DNA from: Halomicrobium mukohataei DSM 12286
Lineage (GTDB): Archaea > Halobacteriota > Halobacteria > Halobacteriales > Haloarculaceae
Direction: 5' to 3'
Assembly: GCF_000023965.1 (NCBI RefSeq)
Contig: NC_013202.1
Location: forward strand, 840,001 to 872,000
Length of the DNA: 32,000 nt
Shown one piece after another: positions 22,722-30,493 of this stretch (positions are counted from its first letter, which is position 1; the number at the start of each line of letters is the position of its first letter). The notes beneath the pieces were generated by a model. That model did no database searches. It worked only from the letters and a program-made list of their open reading frames with translations, and was not told where the DNA came from. Position numbers and translations under genes: made by a program.

Positions 22722-23135
22722 ATGAGTGAGGGCGGCACCTACACCCTCCTAATCGAGCGGACCGAGGACGGCACACTCGAAGTGGGCGCGCTCGGTTCGC
22801 TGTCGTTCCCGTCGGGATGGTACGCCTACACCGGGAGCGCGCTGGGCAGCGGCGGCTTCAGCCGCGTCGACCGTCACGAACGCGTCGCGGCGGGCGACCA
22901 CGACGTGCGCCACTGGCACGTCGACTACCTGCTGGGCGCGCCCGGGACCCAGCTCGATCACGTCGTCTGCTCGGCGGGCGTCGACATCGAGTGTGCGGTC
23001 GCCGACGCCGTCGCCGGCAGCCGCGTCCGCGAGTTCGGGAGCTCCGACTGCGACTGTGAGTCCCACCTCGCCTTCCACCCCGACCGGACGACGCTTCTGG
23101 ACGCCGTCGATCGAGCACACCGGGCGAACCGGTAG
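22722..23135 (+). CDS. DUF123 domain protein (GIY-YIG nuclease superfamily)
   Basis: GTYTLLIE...GWYAYTGSALGSGGFSRVDRHERV......HWHVDYLL... is the GIY-YIG-like core characteristic of DUF123. Confidence 0.7.
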   Translation: MSEGGTYTLLIERTEDGTLEVGALGSLSFPSGWYAYTGSALGSGGFSRVDRHERVAAGDHDVRHWHVDYLLGAPGTQLDHVVCSAGVDIECAVADAVAGSRVREFGSSDCDCESHLAFHPDRTTLLDAVDRAHRANR

Positions 23136-23148
23136 CGTCGGCCGGTCA

Positions 23149-23214
23149 TACTGCCGGCTGTCCGTCTGTACAGACCGTGGTCGCGAATATCGTGAAACGG
23201 TGACGCCGGCAGTA
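23149..23214. mobile_element. MITE-like palindromic element, copy 3 (66 bp, with a 12-bp internal deletion relative to copy 2), flanked by TCA/TCA
   Basis: TACTGCCGGCTGTCCGTCTGTACAGA...GGTGACGCCGGCAGTA. Its first 26 bp are identical to the reverse complement of copy 2. The direct repeats lie at 23146-23148 and 23215-23217, and the right one is the TGA stop of the thioesterase gene on the minus strand. The element fills most of the 79-bp gap between two convergent genes. Confidence 0.65.
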
Positions 23215-23667
23215 TCAGGAACTGTTCCCGTCGGTCTCGGCGTCGGCGAGCGCCGCGTCCCGCAGTTCGCGTTCGGCGTCGGTCTCGGCCGTGAGTTCGG
23301 GGACACCGGTCGGCTCGCCGTCGTCGAGCGCGACGAAGACGAAGTGGCCTTCGGTCGTGACCTCCGTCTCGCCGGTCGTCGGATTCTCTCGTTCGGCGCG
23401 CACGCGGACGCGGACGCTCGTCCGTCCGGAGTCGTAGACGTACGCCTCCGTGAGCGCGGTGTCGCCGACGGGGATCGGGCGACGGAAGTTCAGTCCGTCC
23501 ATCCGGGCGGTCACGCAGGGGTGGCCGGCAAAGCGCATCGCCGACATCGCGCCGATCTCGTCGAGCCACTTCATCACGATCCCACCGTGTGCGGTGTCGT
23601 AGTTGTTGGCGTGGTTGGGCTGGACGCGGTAGCGGTTCGTCAGATGGGTCGAAGCCAGCGTCGGCAT
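23215..23667 (-). CDS. Acyl-CoA thioesterase (hotdog fold, YciA/4HBT-like)
   Basis: ...VQPNHANNYDTAHGGIVMKWLDEIGAMSAMRFAGHPCVTARMDGLNFRRPIPVGD... is typical of hotdog-fold acyl-CoA thioesterases. Confidence 0.8.
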   Translation of the reverse strand: MPTLASTHLTNRYRVQPNHANNYDTAHGGIVMKWLDEIGAMSAMRFAGHPCVTARMDGLNFRRPIPVGDTALTEAYVYDSGRTSVRVRVRAERENPTTGETEVTTEGHFVFVALDDGEPTGVPELTAETDAERELRDAALADAETDGNSS

Positions 23668-23689
23668 GCGAGGCGCTTCGAGAGAAGCG

Positions 23690-23752
23690 GGGAAAAAGGC
23701 GCGGCTGTCGACTGTGTGTTGGCCGACAGCTTCGCCGCCCGTAGCGGCGAAG
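23690..23752 (-). terminator. Two adjacent GC hairpins followed (in the minus sense) by T5: a likely terminator of the 92-aa gene
   Basis: CTTCGCCGC-CCGTA-GCGGCGAAG (23730-23752) has a 9-bp stem. GCTGTCG-N13-CGACAGC (23704-23730) has a 7-bp stem. A5 on the plus strand at 23690-23694 is T5 in the transcript sense. Confidence 0.4.
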
Positions 23753-23779
23753 CGCTCCGCGAGGCGACGGTCGGCAGTG

Positions 23780-24058
23780 TCAGACCGCGACGCGCTCGAC
23801 GCCGGGCTCGATCTCCTCGGTCTCGTAGTCGGACTCGCTCTCGCCCCGGCGCTGGCGGAGCCAGCGTGCGGCCAGCCCGATCGTCACGACAGCGGCGACG
23901 AGCCCGAGGAGCCACAGCGCTGAATTGCCGCCCGCGTCCGCCGTCGCCGAGTCGGCGACCGGTTCGTCCGGCTCGCTCGCGGGTTCGGCGTCGGTGGTCT
24001 CGTCTCCCAGGGGGTCCGCGACGTTGATCTCGAACAGGGTGACGTTGTCGAATGCCAT
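23780..24058 (-). CDS. Small acidic protein with one C-terminal-half transmembrane segment (92 aa)
   Basis: MAFDNVTLFEINVADPLGDE...ALWLLGLVAAVVTIGLAARWLRQRR.... TATATATAAG lies about 28 nt upstream of the ATG. I did not recognise a family. Confidence 0.55.
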   Translation of the reverse strand: MAFDNVTLFEINVADPLGDETTDAEPASEPDEPVADSATADAGGNSALWLLGLVAAVVTIGLAARWLRQRRGESESDYETEEIEPGVERVAV

Positions 24059-24124
24059 ACGAGAACCGAGGAGTGCCAGCGTCTTATATATACACCAACA
24101 GGAGCGAGTCCCACTGTGGATCGA

Positions 24125-26884
24125 TCACGTGATGTGGATGGCGGGCTTGTTCGGCCGGGCTCTGTGTGCCTGCTCGCCGTCGGGCTCGGCTCGCCTGACG
24201 ACCACGTCCGCGTCGAACTCCTCGGCGAACAGCCACGACGCCTGTTCCAGCACCGTCAGCTCCCGCTCGGGAGCCAGCACTGGCTCGAACCCGCCCGAAC
24301 GGTCGGCCAGCTCGGCCGCGTAGTCGGCCGCCGCCTCGGTGCCGGGCACGGCGTCGGCGTCCATGATACGACCGACGACCGCCCCGTCTGCCGGCTGTCC
24401 CGCGGGTGTACTGCCGTCCCGAGAGCGACGGCTCCCCTCGCTCGCGGTCGAGTCTGGCTCCTGGTTCACCTCGCGAGCGATCTCGTAGGCGCGATAGCTC
24501 CAGTCGGGCGCGACGACGAGCTCGATCTCGTCTGGATCGGTGATCTCGACCACGTCGGTGATCTCGCGCACGTCAGCGAGCGTCGTCCGGACGAGTTCGC
24601 GCTCGGTGCGGTAGTCGGGGATGTCGTGCAGCGGCGTGGGCCAGTCGGCACCGGCGATCAGCCCCTCGCCGTCCAGCGCGGACCACAGCTCCTCGGCCAG
24701 ATAGGGGGCGAGCGGCGCGAGCAGTTTCGTCAGCACGCGCAGCCCCCGACTGTACGCGAAGCGGTACGGGGTCTCGTACTCGCGGTAGCGTCGCAGCAAC
24801 TGGGCGAACTGCTGGAGTTCGGTGACGACCCGGTGGAAGCGAAAGCGGTCGTACTCGTCGGTGACCGCGGCGATCGTCCGATCGATCTCCCGTTCGAGGT
24901 AGGCGTCGTGCGGTCTGCTCTCGGTCCGACCGCCGGCACCGTCGGTGAACGACAGCACCATCCGGTACACGTCCTGCTGGAACTCGTAGGCGTTGCTCAC
25001 GTCCGTCGCCGTCCACTCGAAGTCCTGGCCGGGGTGTGCCGCCGAGAGGACGAACAGCCGCGTGGTCTCCGCGCCGTACTCGTGGGGAGCCACGTCGTTG
25101 CCCTTCGACTTGGACATCTTCTCGCCGCCGTGCAACACCGTCCCCTGGTTGACCAGCCGGTCGACGGGCTCGCGCCGGTCGAGCAGACCCAGGTCCGCCA
25201 GCGCGCGGGTGAAAAAGCGGATGTACAGCAGGTGAAGCACCGCGTGCTCGTCGCCACCGACGTACACGTCGACCGGGAGCCAGTCGTCGGCGACCTCGTT
25301 CTCGAAGGGAGCCGTCGAGAGGTCGGGGTTCAGGTACCGCAGGAAGTACCAGGAGGAGTCGACGAAGGTGTCCATGGTGTCGGTCTCGCGTTCGGCGGGG
25401 CCGCCACAGTCGGGACAGGTCGTCTGGACGAACTCGTCGCTCGCGGCCAGTGGGTTCCCCGTGGTCTGGACGAACTCGGGAAGTTCGACGGGGAGGTCCT
25501 CGTCGGGCACCGGCACCGCGCCACACTCCTCGCAGTGGACCATCGGGATCGGCGTCCCCCAGTAGCGCTGTCGTGAGATGAGCCAGTCCCGGAGCCGGTA
25601 GGTTGTCGCCGCCGTCACGGCGTCGTGGTCCAGCAAGCGCTCGCGGGCGGCCGCGCTCGCCAGCCCCTCGTAGGCCCCGTCGGCGACGATCATCCCCTCG
25701 TCGGTGTACGGGAGGGGCTGGCCGTTACGTTCTCCGTGTTCGCCGTCGTTGGGCGCGACGACTCGCTCGACCGGGAGGTCGTGTGCCGTGGCGAAGGCGT
25801 GGTCGCGCTCGTTGTGGGCCGGCACGCCCATCACCGCGCCCGTCCCCACGTCAGAGAGGACGTAGCTGGCGACGTAGACGGGGATCTCCTCGCCGGTGAC
25901 CGGGTTCGTCGCGGTGAGGCCAGTGTCGACGCCGGCCGTTCCCTCGGCTCGGCCGTCCGCGGCGCGGTCGTGGAAGTCGTCGACCGCCTCGCTCGCTCCC
26001 GAGGACGTGCGCTGGGCGAGTTCGCGGGCGACCCCGTGGCCCGGCGCGAGGGCCAGATACGTCGCCCCGAAGACGGTGTCTGGCCGGGTCGTGAACACGT
26101 CGATCGGATCGCCGTCGATCTCGAAGGTGATCTGGGCACCCTCGCGGCGGCCGATCCAGTTGCGCTGGATCTCGCGGACGCTTTCGGGCCACCCGTCGAG
26201 GGCATCCAGGCCGTCCGCGAGTTCGTCCGCGTAGTCGGTGATCGTGAAGAACCACTGGTCGAGTTCGCGGGTCTCGACCGCGGTGCCACAGCGCCAGCAG
26301 ACCCCCTCGCCGTCGGCGTGTCCCGGCGTGTCGTCGCGCACGTCGGCGTGACCGTCGCCCTCGTCGACCTGTGCGTCGGCCAGGACGGTCTCGCAGTCCG
26401 GGCACCAGTTGACCTGCGCGCCGGTGTACTCGACGAGATCGTTCTCGTAGAAGCGGGTAAAGAGCCACTGGTTCCACCGGTAGTACTCCGGCTCACAGGT
26501 CGTGATCTCGCGAGACCAGTCGTAGCCAAACCCCATCCGTTCGAGTTCGTCGCGCATCTGCTCGATGCACGTTCGAGTCCACGACTCCGGGTCGGTGTCG
26601 CGCTCGTAGGCGGCGTTCTCCGCCGGGAGCCCGAAGGCGTCCCACCCCATCGGGTGGAGCACGTCCTCGCCGTTCATCCGCCGGTAGCGAGCGACGGCGT
26701 CGGTGATCGCGTAGTTGCGGATGTGGCCCATGTGCAGCGAGCCCGACGTGTAGGGGAACATCCCCAGCACGTAGGTCCCCTCGCCGCGGTCGATCGCCGC
26801 GTCGTCGAGTTCGTACACGCCCTCGCGGTCCCAGACGTGTTGCCAGTACTCCTGGACGCGGGCGTGGTTGTAGCGGTTCGACAT
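24125..26884 (-). CDS. leuS: Leucine--tRNA ligase
   Basis: ...[21 protein letters not shown]... is the HIGH region, ...[10 protein letters not shown]... is the KMSKS motif, and a CP1 editing domain is present. The start is ATG 26884 ([15 protein letters not shown]). Confidence 0.95.
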   Translation of the reverse strand: MSNRYNHARVQEYWQHVWDREGVYELDDAAIDRGEGTYVLGMFPYTSGSLHMGHIRNYAITDAVARYRRMNGEDVLHPMGWDAFGLPAENAAYERDTDPESWTRTCIEQMRDELERMGFGYDWSREITTCEPEYYRWNQWLFTRFYENDLVEYTGAQVNWCPDCETVLADAQVDEGDGHADVRDDTPGHADGEGVCWRCGTAVETRELDQWFFTITDYADELADGLDALDGWPESVREIQRNWIGRREGAQITFEIDGDPIDVFTTRPDTVFGATYLALAPGHGVARELAQRTSSGASEAVDDFHDRAADGRAEGTAGVDTGLTATNPVTGEEIPVYVASYVLSDVGTGAVMGVPAHNERDHAFATAHDLPVERVVAPNDGEHGERNGQPLPYTDEGMIVADGAYEGLASAAARERLLDHDAVTAATTYRLRDWLISRQRYWGTPIPMVHCEECGAVPVPDEDLPVELPEFVQTTGNPLAASDEFVQTTCPDCGGPAERETDTMDTFVDSSWYFLRYLNPDLSTAPFENEVADDWLPVDVYVGGDEHAVLHLLYIRFFTRALADLGLLDRREPVDRLVNQGTVLHGGEKMSKSKGNDVAPHEYGAETTRLFVLSAAHPGQDFEWTATDVSNAYEFQQDVYRMVLSFTDGAGGRTESRPHDAYLEREIDRTIAAVTDEYDRFRFHRVVTELQQFAQLLRRYREYETPYRFAYSRGLRVLTKLLAPLAPYLAEELWSALDGEGLIAGADWPTPLHDIPDYRTERELVRTTLADVREITDVVEITDPDEIELVVAPDWSYRAYEIAREVNQEPDSTASEGSRRSRDGSTPAGQPADGAVVGRIMDADAVPGTEAAADYAAELADRSGGFEPVLAPERELTVLEQASWLFAEEFDADVVVRRAEPDGEQAHRARPNKPAIHIT

Positions 26885-27090
26885 CGTCGTGCCCGGATGG
26901 TGGGAGGGTGGCACCATCACTGTTCTGCCAGCGAGAGCGTGACGCCGAGCGCGTGGGAGTCGACGAACGGAAACCTACATGATCTTTCGCAATGGTTCGG
27001 GCAGAACCACGGCGTCGGCGACGGCGAACGCGGGGCTGGCCCCATCTGTTGGGCGGCCTTTTTTGTACACCGAGCCGGAGTATACTCACA

Positions 27091-28146
27091 ATGACCGGAG
27101 TGCCGCAGCAGGCGACGCTGGCTGACGATCGGACCTGGGCGTTCGAGGCCGTCCAGTCGGTCTCCCGGACGTTCGCGCTGAGTGTCGAGTTGCTGGACGA
27201 GCCGATGACGGAGTGGGTCTGTACCGGCTATCTCCTCTGCCGGACCGCAGACACGATCGAGGACGAACCGACGATCCCGATGGGCCGACGCGCCGAGCTC
27301 TTAGAGACCTTCGACGCGATGCTGGCCGAAGAGTCGGAGACGACCGTCGAGGACTTTCTCTCGGCCGTCGAGCCGGAGACGCCGGCCGACGGGGGCGACG
27401 ACTGGGCCGTCCTCGGTCAGACCGACCGGATCGTCCGCCTCTGGCGGTCGTTTCCCGACCCCGTCCAGGACGGGATGCGCTCGATCACCCGCGAGATGGC
27501 GACGGGCATGGCGGACATCCTGCGCCGCCACGAGGACAGCGGCGGCCTCCGTCTGGAGACGCTCGACGAGCTCGAAGAGTACTGCTGGTACGTCGCCGGC
27601 ACCGTCGGCCAGCTGTTCATGAAGCTCCAGACCGCCCGAGCCGACCCCGACGACCCCACGCCGGACCCCGAAGACGCCCGCGCGTTCGCACTCCTGCTCC
27701 AGCTCGTCAACATCGCCAAGGACGTTCGCGCCGACTGGGACGAAGAGCACAACGTCTACCTGCCCGGCGAGTGGCTCGCCGAGGAAGAACTCGACCACGA
27801 GGCCGTCGCCGAGCCCGAGCACTCGACCGCGGTCGCCCGCGTCGTCGGCCGGGTCGTCGACCAGGCCGCCGACTACGCACACGGTGCCCAGCGGTACCTC
27901 TCGACGGTCCCGGAGGGAGACAACGGCGGTCTCCTGGAGGCGACGGCGCTGCCCTACCTGCTGGCACTCGGGACGATCCGCGAACTCCGCGAACGGACCG
28001 TCGACGCCGTCGAACAGCCCGACGCGGTCAAGCTCGAACGCGAGGAGGTCGAGGCGCTGTTCGCCGAGGCCGAGGACGGCTTCACCCGCGACCAGGTCCG
28101 CGATCTCGCAGCCACGGTGCGAGCCGGTCCGTACCACGAGCAGTAG
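27091..28146 (+). CDS. Squalene/phytoene synthase family protein (probable squalene synthase-like prenyl diphosphate condensing enzyme)
   Basis: YLLCRTADTIEDE is the first Asp-rich motif, followed by YCWYVAGTVGQLF. LQLVNIAKDVRADWDE is the second Asp-rich motif. The start is ATG 27091, with a T-rich box about 30 nt upstream. Confidence 0.8.
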   Translation: MTGVPQQATLADDRTWAFEAVQSVSRTFALSVELLDEPMTEWVCTGYLLCRTADTIEDEPTIPMGRRAELLETFDAMLAEESETTVEDFLSAVEPETPADGGDDWAVLGQTDRIVRLWRSFPDPVQDGMRSITREMATGMADILRRHEDSGGLRLETLDELEEYCWYVAGTVGQLFMKLQTARADPDDPTPDPEDARAFALLLQLVNIAKDVRADWDEEHNVYLPGEWLAEEELDHEAVAEPEHSTAVARVVGRVVDQAADYAHGAQRYLSTVPEGDNGGLLEATALPYLLALGTIRELRERTVDAVEQPDAVKLEREEVEALFAEAEDGFTRDQVRDLAATVRAGPYHEQ

Positions 28147-28213
28147 CGACCGACGACCCTGGCGCGAACGCTTTTGACAGTGCCCGTCGAACGGCCGGCA
28201 TGGACCGGAATCG

Positions 28214-29422
28214 ATGACCGGGGTCGCGTTCTGGTCGCTGGTCGGCCTCGCCTCGCTGACGAGCCTCGTGACGGCGTGGGCCCTCGGTGCGAACAGCAAC
28301 TCCCCGCCGTTCGCGCCAGCGATCGGTGCGAACGCCATCTCGACGATGCGGGCGGCCTTCCTCATCGGTATCCTCGCCGCCCTCGGCGCGTTGACACAGG
28401 GCGGCGCGATCTCCGAGACCGTCGGCGCGGGGCTCATCGACGGCGTCCAGATCACGTCGCTTGCGGCGACGGCGGGGCTGCTCACCGCGAGCGCGTTCAT
28501 GGCCTTCGGGGTCTACAGCGGCTATCCCGTGCCGGCGGCCTTCGCCACGACCGGCGCGATGGTCGGCGTCGGGCTCTCGCTGGACGGCGATCCCGCGATG
28601 GCCACCTACTGGCGGATCGGGACGTTCTGGCTCCTCGTGCCGCCTGTCTCGGGCGGCCTGGCGTATCTCACGGCGACGATCCTGCGCCGGGACGACATCC
28701 CCGAGACGGTCGGGGTCCCGCTGCTCGCGGCCATCGTCGGCGGGATCGTCGCGAACGTCCAGCTCGGCGTCGTCCCGACGCCCCCCGGCGTCCAGCAGGG
28801 TTCGATCGCCGGGTTTCTGGCGCGACAGGTGCCCACGCCGATCGTCGGCGGGCTCGACCTCGGCGTCGTCGGGTTCACGCTGGTGTTCGCGGCGGTGAGC
28901 TTCCAGTGGATCCGCCGCCGCACGCTGGCCTCGGTGGACCGCGGGATCAAGACCTTCCTCGTCGTGCTGGGCAGCGTCGTCGCGTTCTCCAGTGGCGGCA
29001 GTCAGGTCGGGCTGGCGACCGGACCACTGGAGAACCTCTACGGCGCCCAACTCGAACTGCCGGGGATCGTCCTGCTGGGACTCGGTGCCGCCGGCATCCT
29101 CGGCGGGGCGTGGATGGGCGCGCCGCGACTGCTCCAGGCGACTTCTCGGGAGTACGCCCAGCTCGGTGTCCGCCGGTCGATCGCCGCGCTCGTCCCCGGT
29201 TTCATCATCGCCCAGACCGCGATCGCGCTGGGGATCCCGATCTCGTTCAACAACATCATCATCTCCGGCGTGATCGGCGGTGGGCTGGCCGGCGGCTCGG
29301 CGGGCGTCTCCAGGCGAAAGATCGGCGTCACGCTGGCGTTCTGGGTGATCACGCTCGTGACCTCCATCGGGATCGGCTTCGGCCTCTACCGGCTCCTCGC
29401 GACGGTGCTCGGCGTCACCTGA
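28214..29422 (+). CDS. PiT-family inorganic phosphate (or sulfate) transporter, paralog 2
   Basis: ...AWALGANSNSPPFAPAIGANAIS... and ...GGSQVGLATGPL.... By eye it is roughly 50-60 percent identical to paralog 1 in the conserved blocks. Confidence 0.85.
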   Translation: MTGVAFWSLVGLASLTSLVTAWALGANSNSPPFAPAIGANAISTMRAAFLIGILAALGALTQGGAISETVGAGLIDGVQITSLAATAGLLTASAFMAFGVYSGYPVPAAFATTGAMVGVGLSLDGDPAMATYWRIGTFWLLVPPVSGGLAYLTATILRRDDIPETVGVPLLAAIVGGIVANVQLGVVPTPPGVQQGSIAGFLARQVPTPIVGGLDLGVVGFTLVFAAVSFQWIRRRTLASVDRGIKTFLVVLGSVVAFSSGGSQVGLATGPLENLYGAQLELPGIVLLGLGAAGILGGAWMGAPRLLQATSREYAQLGVRRSIAALVPGFIIAQTAIALGIPISFNNIIISGVIGGGLAGGSAGVSRRKIGVTLAFWVITLVTSIGIGFGLYRLLATVLGVT

Positions 29423-29870
29423 CGACGGTGACGGTCACCGGGGCCTCGCGGACGACCGCCGTCGCGACCGTCCCGAGCAGGCGCTTCGCGAGATCGCTGC
29501 CGCCGCCGTGACCGCCCATCACGATCTGGTCCGCGTCGTTGGCCTCGGCGTAGGCGACGATCGTCTCGGCGGGGTCACCCTCCTCGACGACCGTCTCGAC
29601 GGGGTCACCCTCCTCGACGACCGTCTCGACGGGCTGGTCGGTACCGGCGGCCTGCTCTCTGGCGGCGTCTATCACGTCCGCCGCGTGCTCGCGAGCCGCG
29701 CCTCCCCGCACCTCGTCGGTCAGCACGCCGCTCTCGCTCATCGCGGCGTCGATCGGCGTCACGACGTTCAACACCGTGATCGGACAGTCGAAAACGTCCA
29801 GCGCGTGGGACAGCGCCGCCTGCGAGAGCGGCGAGCCGTCGAGGGGGACGAGGACGTGTGAGGGTCGCAT
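29415..29870 (-). CDS. Universal stress protein (UspA family) carrying a 10-aa internal tandem duplication
   Basis: MRPSHVLVPLDGSPLSQAAL...VETVVEEGDPVETVVEEGDPAETIVAYAEANDADQIVMGGHG...LGTVATAVVREAPVTVTVV. The start is ATG 29870. The gene has an 8-nt convergent overlap with PiT paralog 2. Confidence 0.85.
   Translation of the reverse strand: MRPSHVLVPLDGSPLSQAALSHALDVFDCPITVLNVVTPIDAAMSESGVLTDEVRGGAAREHAADVIDAAREQAAGTDQPVETVVEEGDPVETVVEEGDPAETIVAYAEANDADQIVMGGHGGGSDLAKRLLGTVATAVVREAPVTVTVVR
29571..29630. repeat. Perfect 30-bp tandem duplication inside the usp gene
   Basis: GGGGTCACCCTCCTCGACGACCGTCTCGAC occurs at 29571-29600 and identically at 29601-29630. It is in frame and adds VETVVEEGDP. 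Confidence 0.95.
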
Positions 29871-29965
29871 ACCGGAACCGTCGTCAGCCGGGATCAAAGA
29901 GGTGGGTGCTCGTGTCAAGTGCTATGGGTCGGCGAGTGTGCTCGCCGGGAAATTCGTCGCAAAAA

Positions 29966-30334
29966 TAGTCCATCCTGGATATCGAACCGGAGCAAGACGG
30001 TCGCTCACTACGTTCGCGCTGCGACTTGCAGGGCTCGAATCCACTCCGTCGACGATTCCGCGGCTCGCGAGTTTGCGAGCCGCAGGAATAGTCCATCCTG
30101 GATATCGAACCGGAGCAAGACGGTCGCTCACTACGTTCGCGCTGCGACTTGCAGGGCTCGAATCCACTCCGTCGACGATTCCGCGGCTCGCGAGTTTGCG
30201 AGCCGCAGGAATAGTCCATCCTGGATATCGAACCGGAGCAAGACGGTCGCTCACTACGTTCGCGCTGCGACTTACAGGGCTCGAATCCACTCCGTCGACG
30301 ATTCCGCGGCTCGCGAGTGTGCTCGCCGCAGGAA
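29966..30334 (-). repeat. Three tandem 123-bp units contiguous with tRNA-Gln, each ending (in the tRNA sense) with a copy of the tRNA 3' half
   Basis: The units are 29966-30088, 30089-30211 and 30212-30334. The first two are identical, and the third differs at 4 positions. TAGTCCATCCTGGAT recurs at 29966, 30089, 30212 and 30335, the last being the real tRNA. Confidence 0.95.
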
Positions 30335-30407
30335 TAGTCCATCCTGGATTCGAACCAGGGTCGAAGCCCCCAGAAGGCTTCAGGATTGGCCACTACCCCA
30401 ATGGACT
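30335..30407 (-). tRNA. tRNA-Gln (anticodon CUG)
   Basis: A manual cloverleaf fits. The acceptor stem is AGTCCAT/ATGGACT. U8 and A14 are present, with a GG in the D-loop. The anticodon stem is AAGCC/GGCTT with loop TTCTGGG (C34 U35 G36). The T-arm is CCTGG-TTCGAAT-CCAGG and the discriminator is A. No CCA is encoded. Confidence 0.9.
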
Positions 30408-30493
30408 GTGTACCCCATCGTATCCGGCAGTCGCATATCAGTGTTACGGACGAGACGGTTCCGTGTGACCGTCTGCCATCCGATCGCCGGGGG

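Noticed and set aside
24116-29511. ORFs 24116-25576 (+), 25625-27094 (+), 27213-28217 (+), 27301-28500 (-), 28082-29050 (-) and 28174-29511 (+).
   Set aside because: They are antisense or off-frame to leuS, the squalene/phytoene synthase gene and PiT-2. Their composition is Arg/Gly/Pro-rich and they carry no motifs.
29966-30334. Whether the 123-bp tandem array is a CRISPR array, or each unit is a complete tRNA pseudogene or a permuted or split tRNA.
   Set aside because: It is not a CRISPR array, because the whole 123 bp repeats and there are no unique spacers. It is not a full tRNA either. Only positions ~40-73 are recognisable. The best candidate 5' strand (AGTCGCA) would pair with the 3' acceptor strand at only 4 of 7 positions. 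No D-arm or canonical anticodon loop could be drawn.
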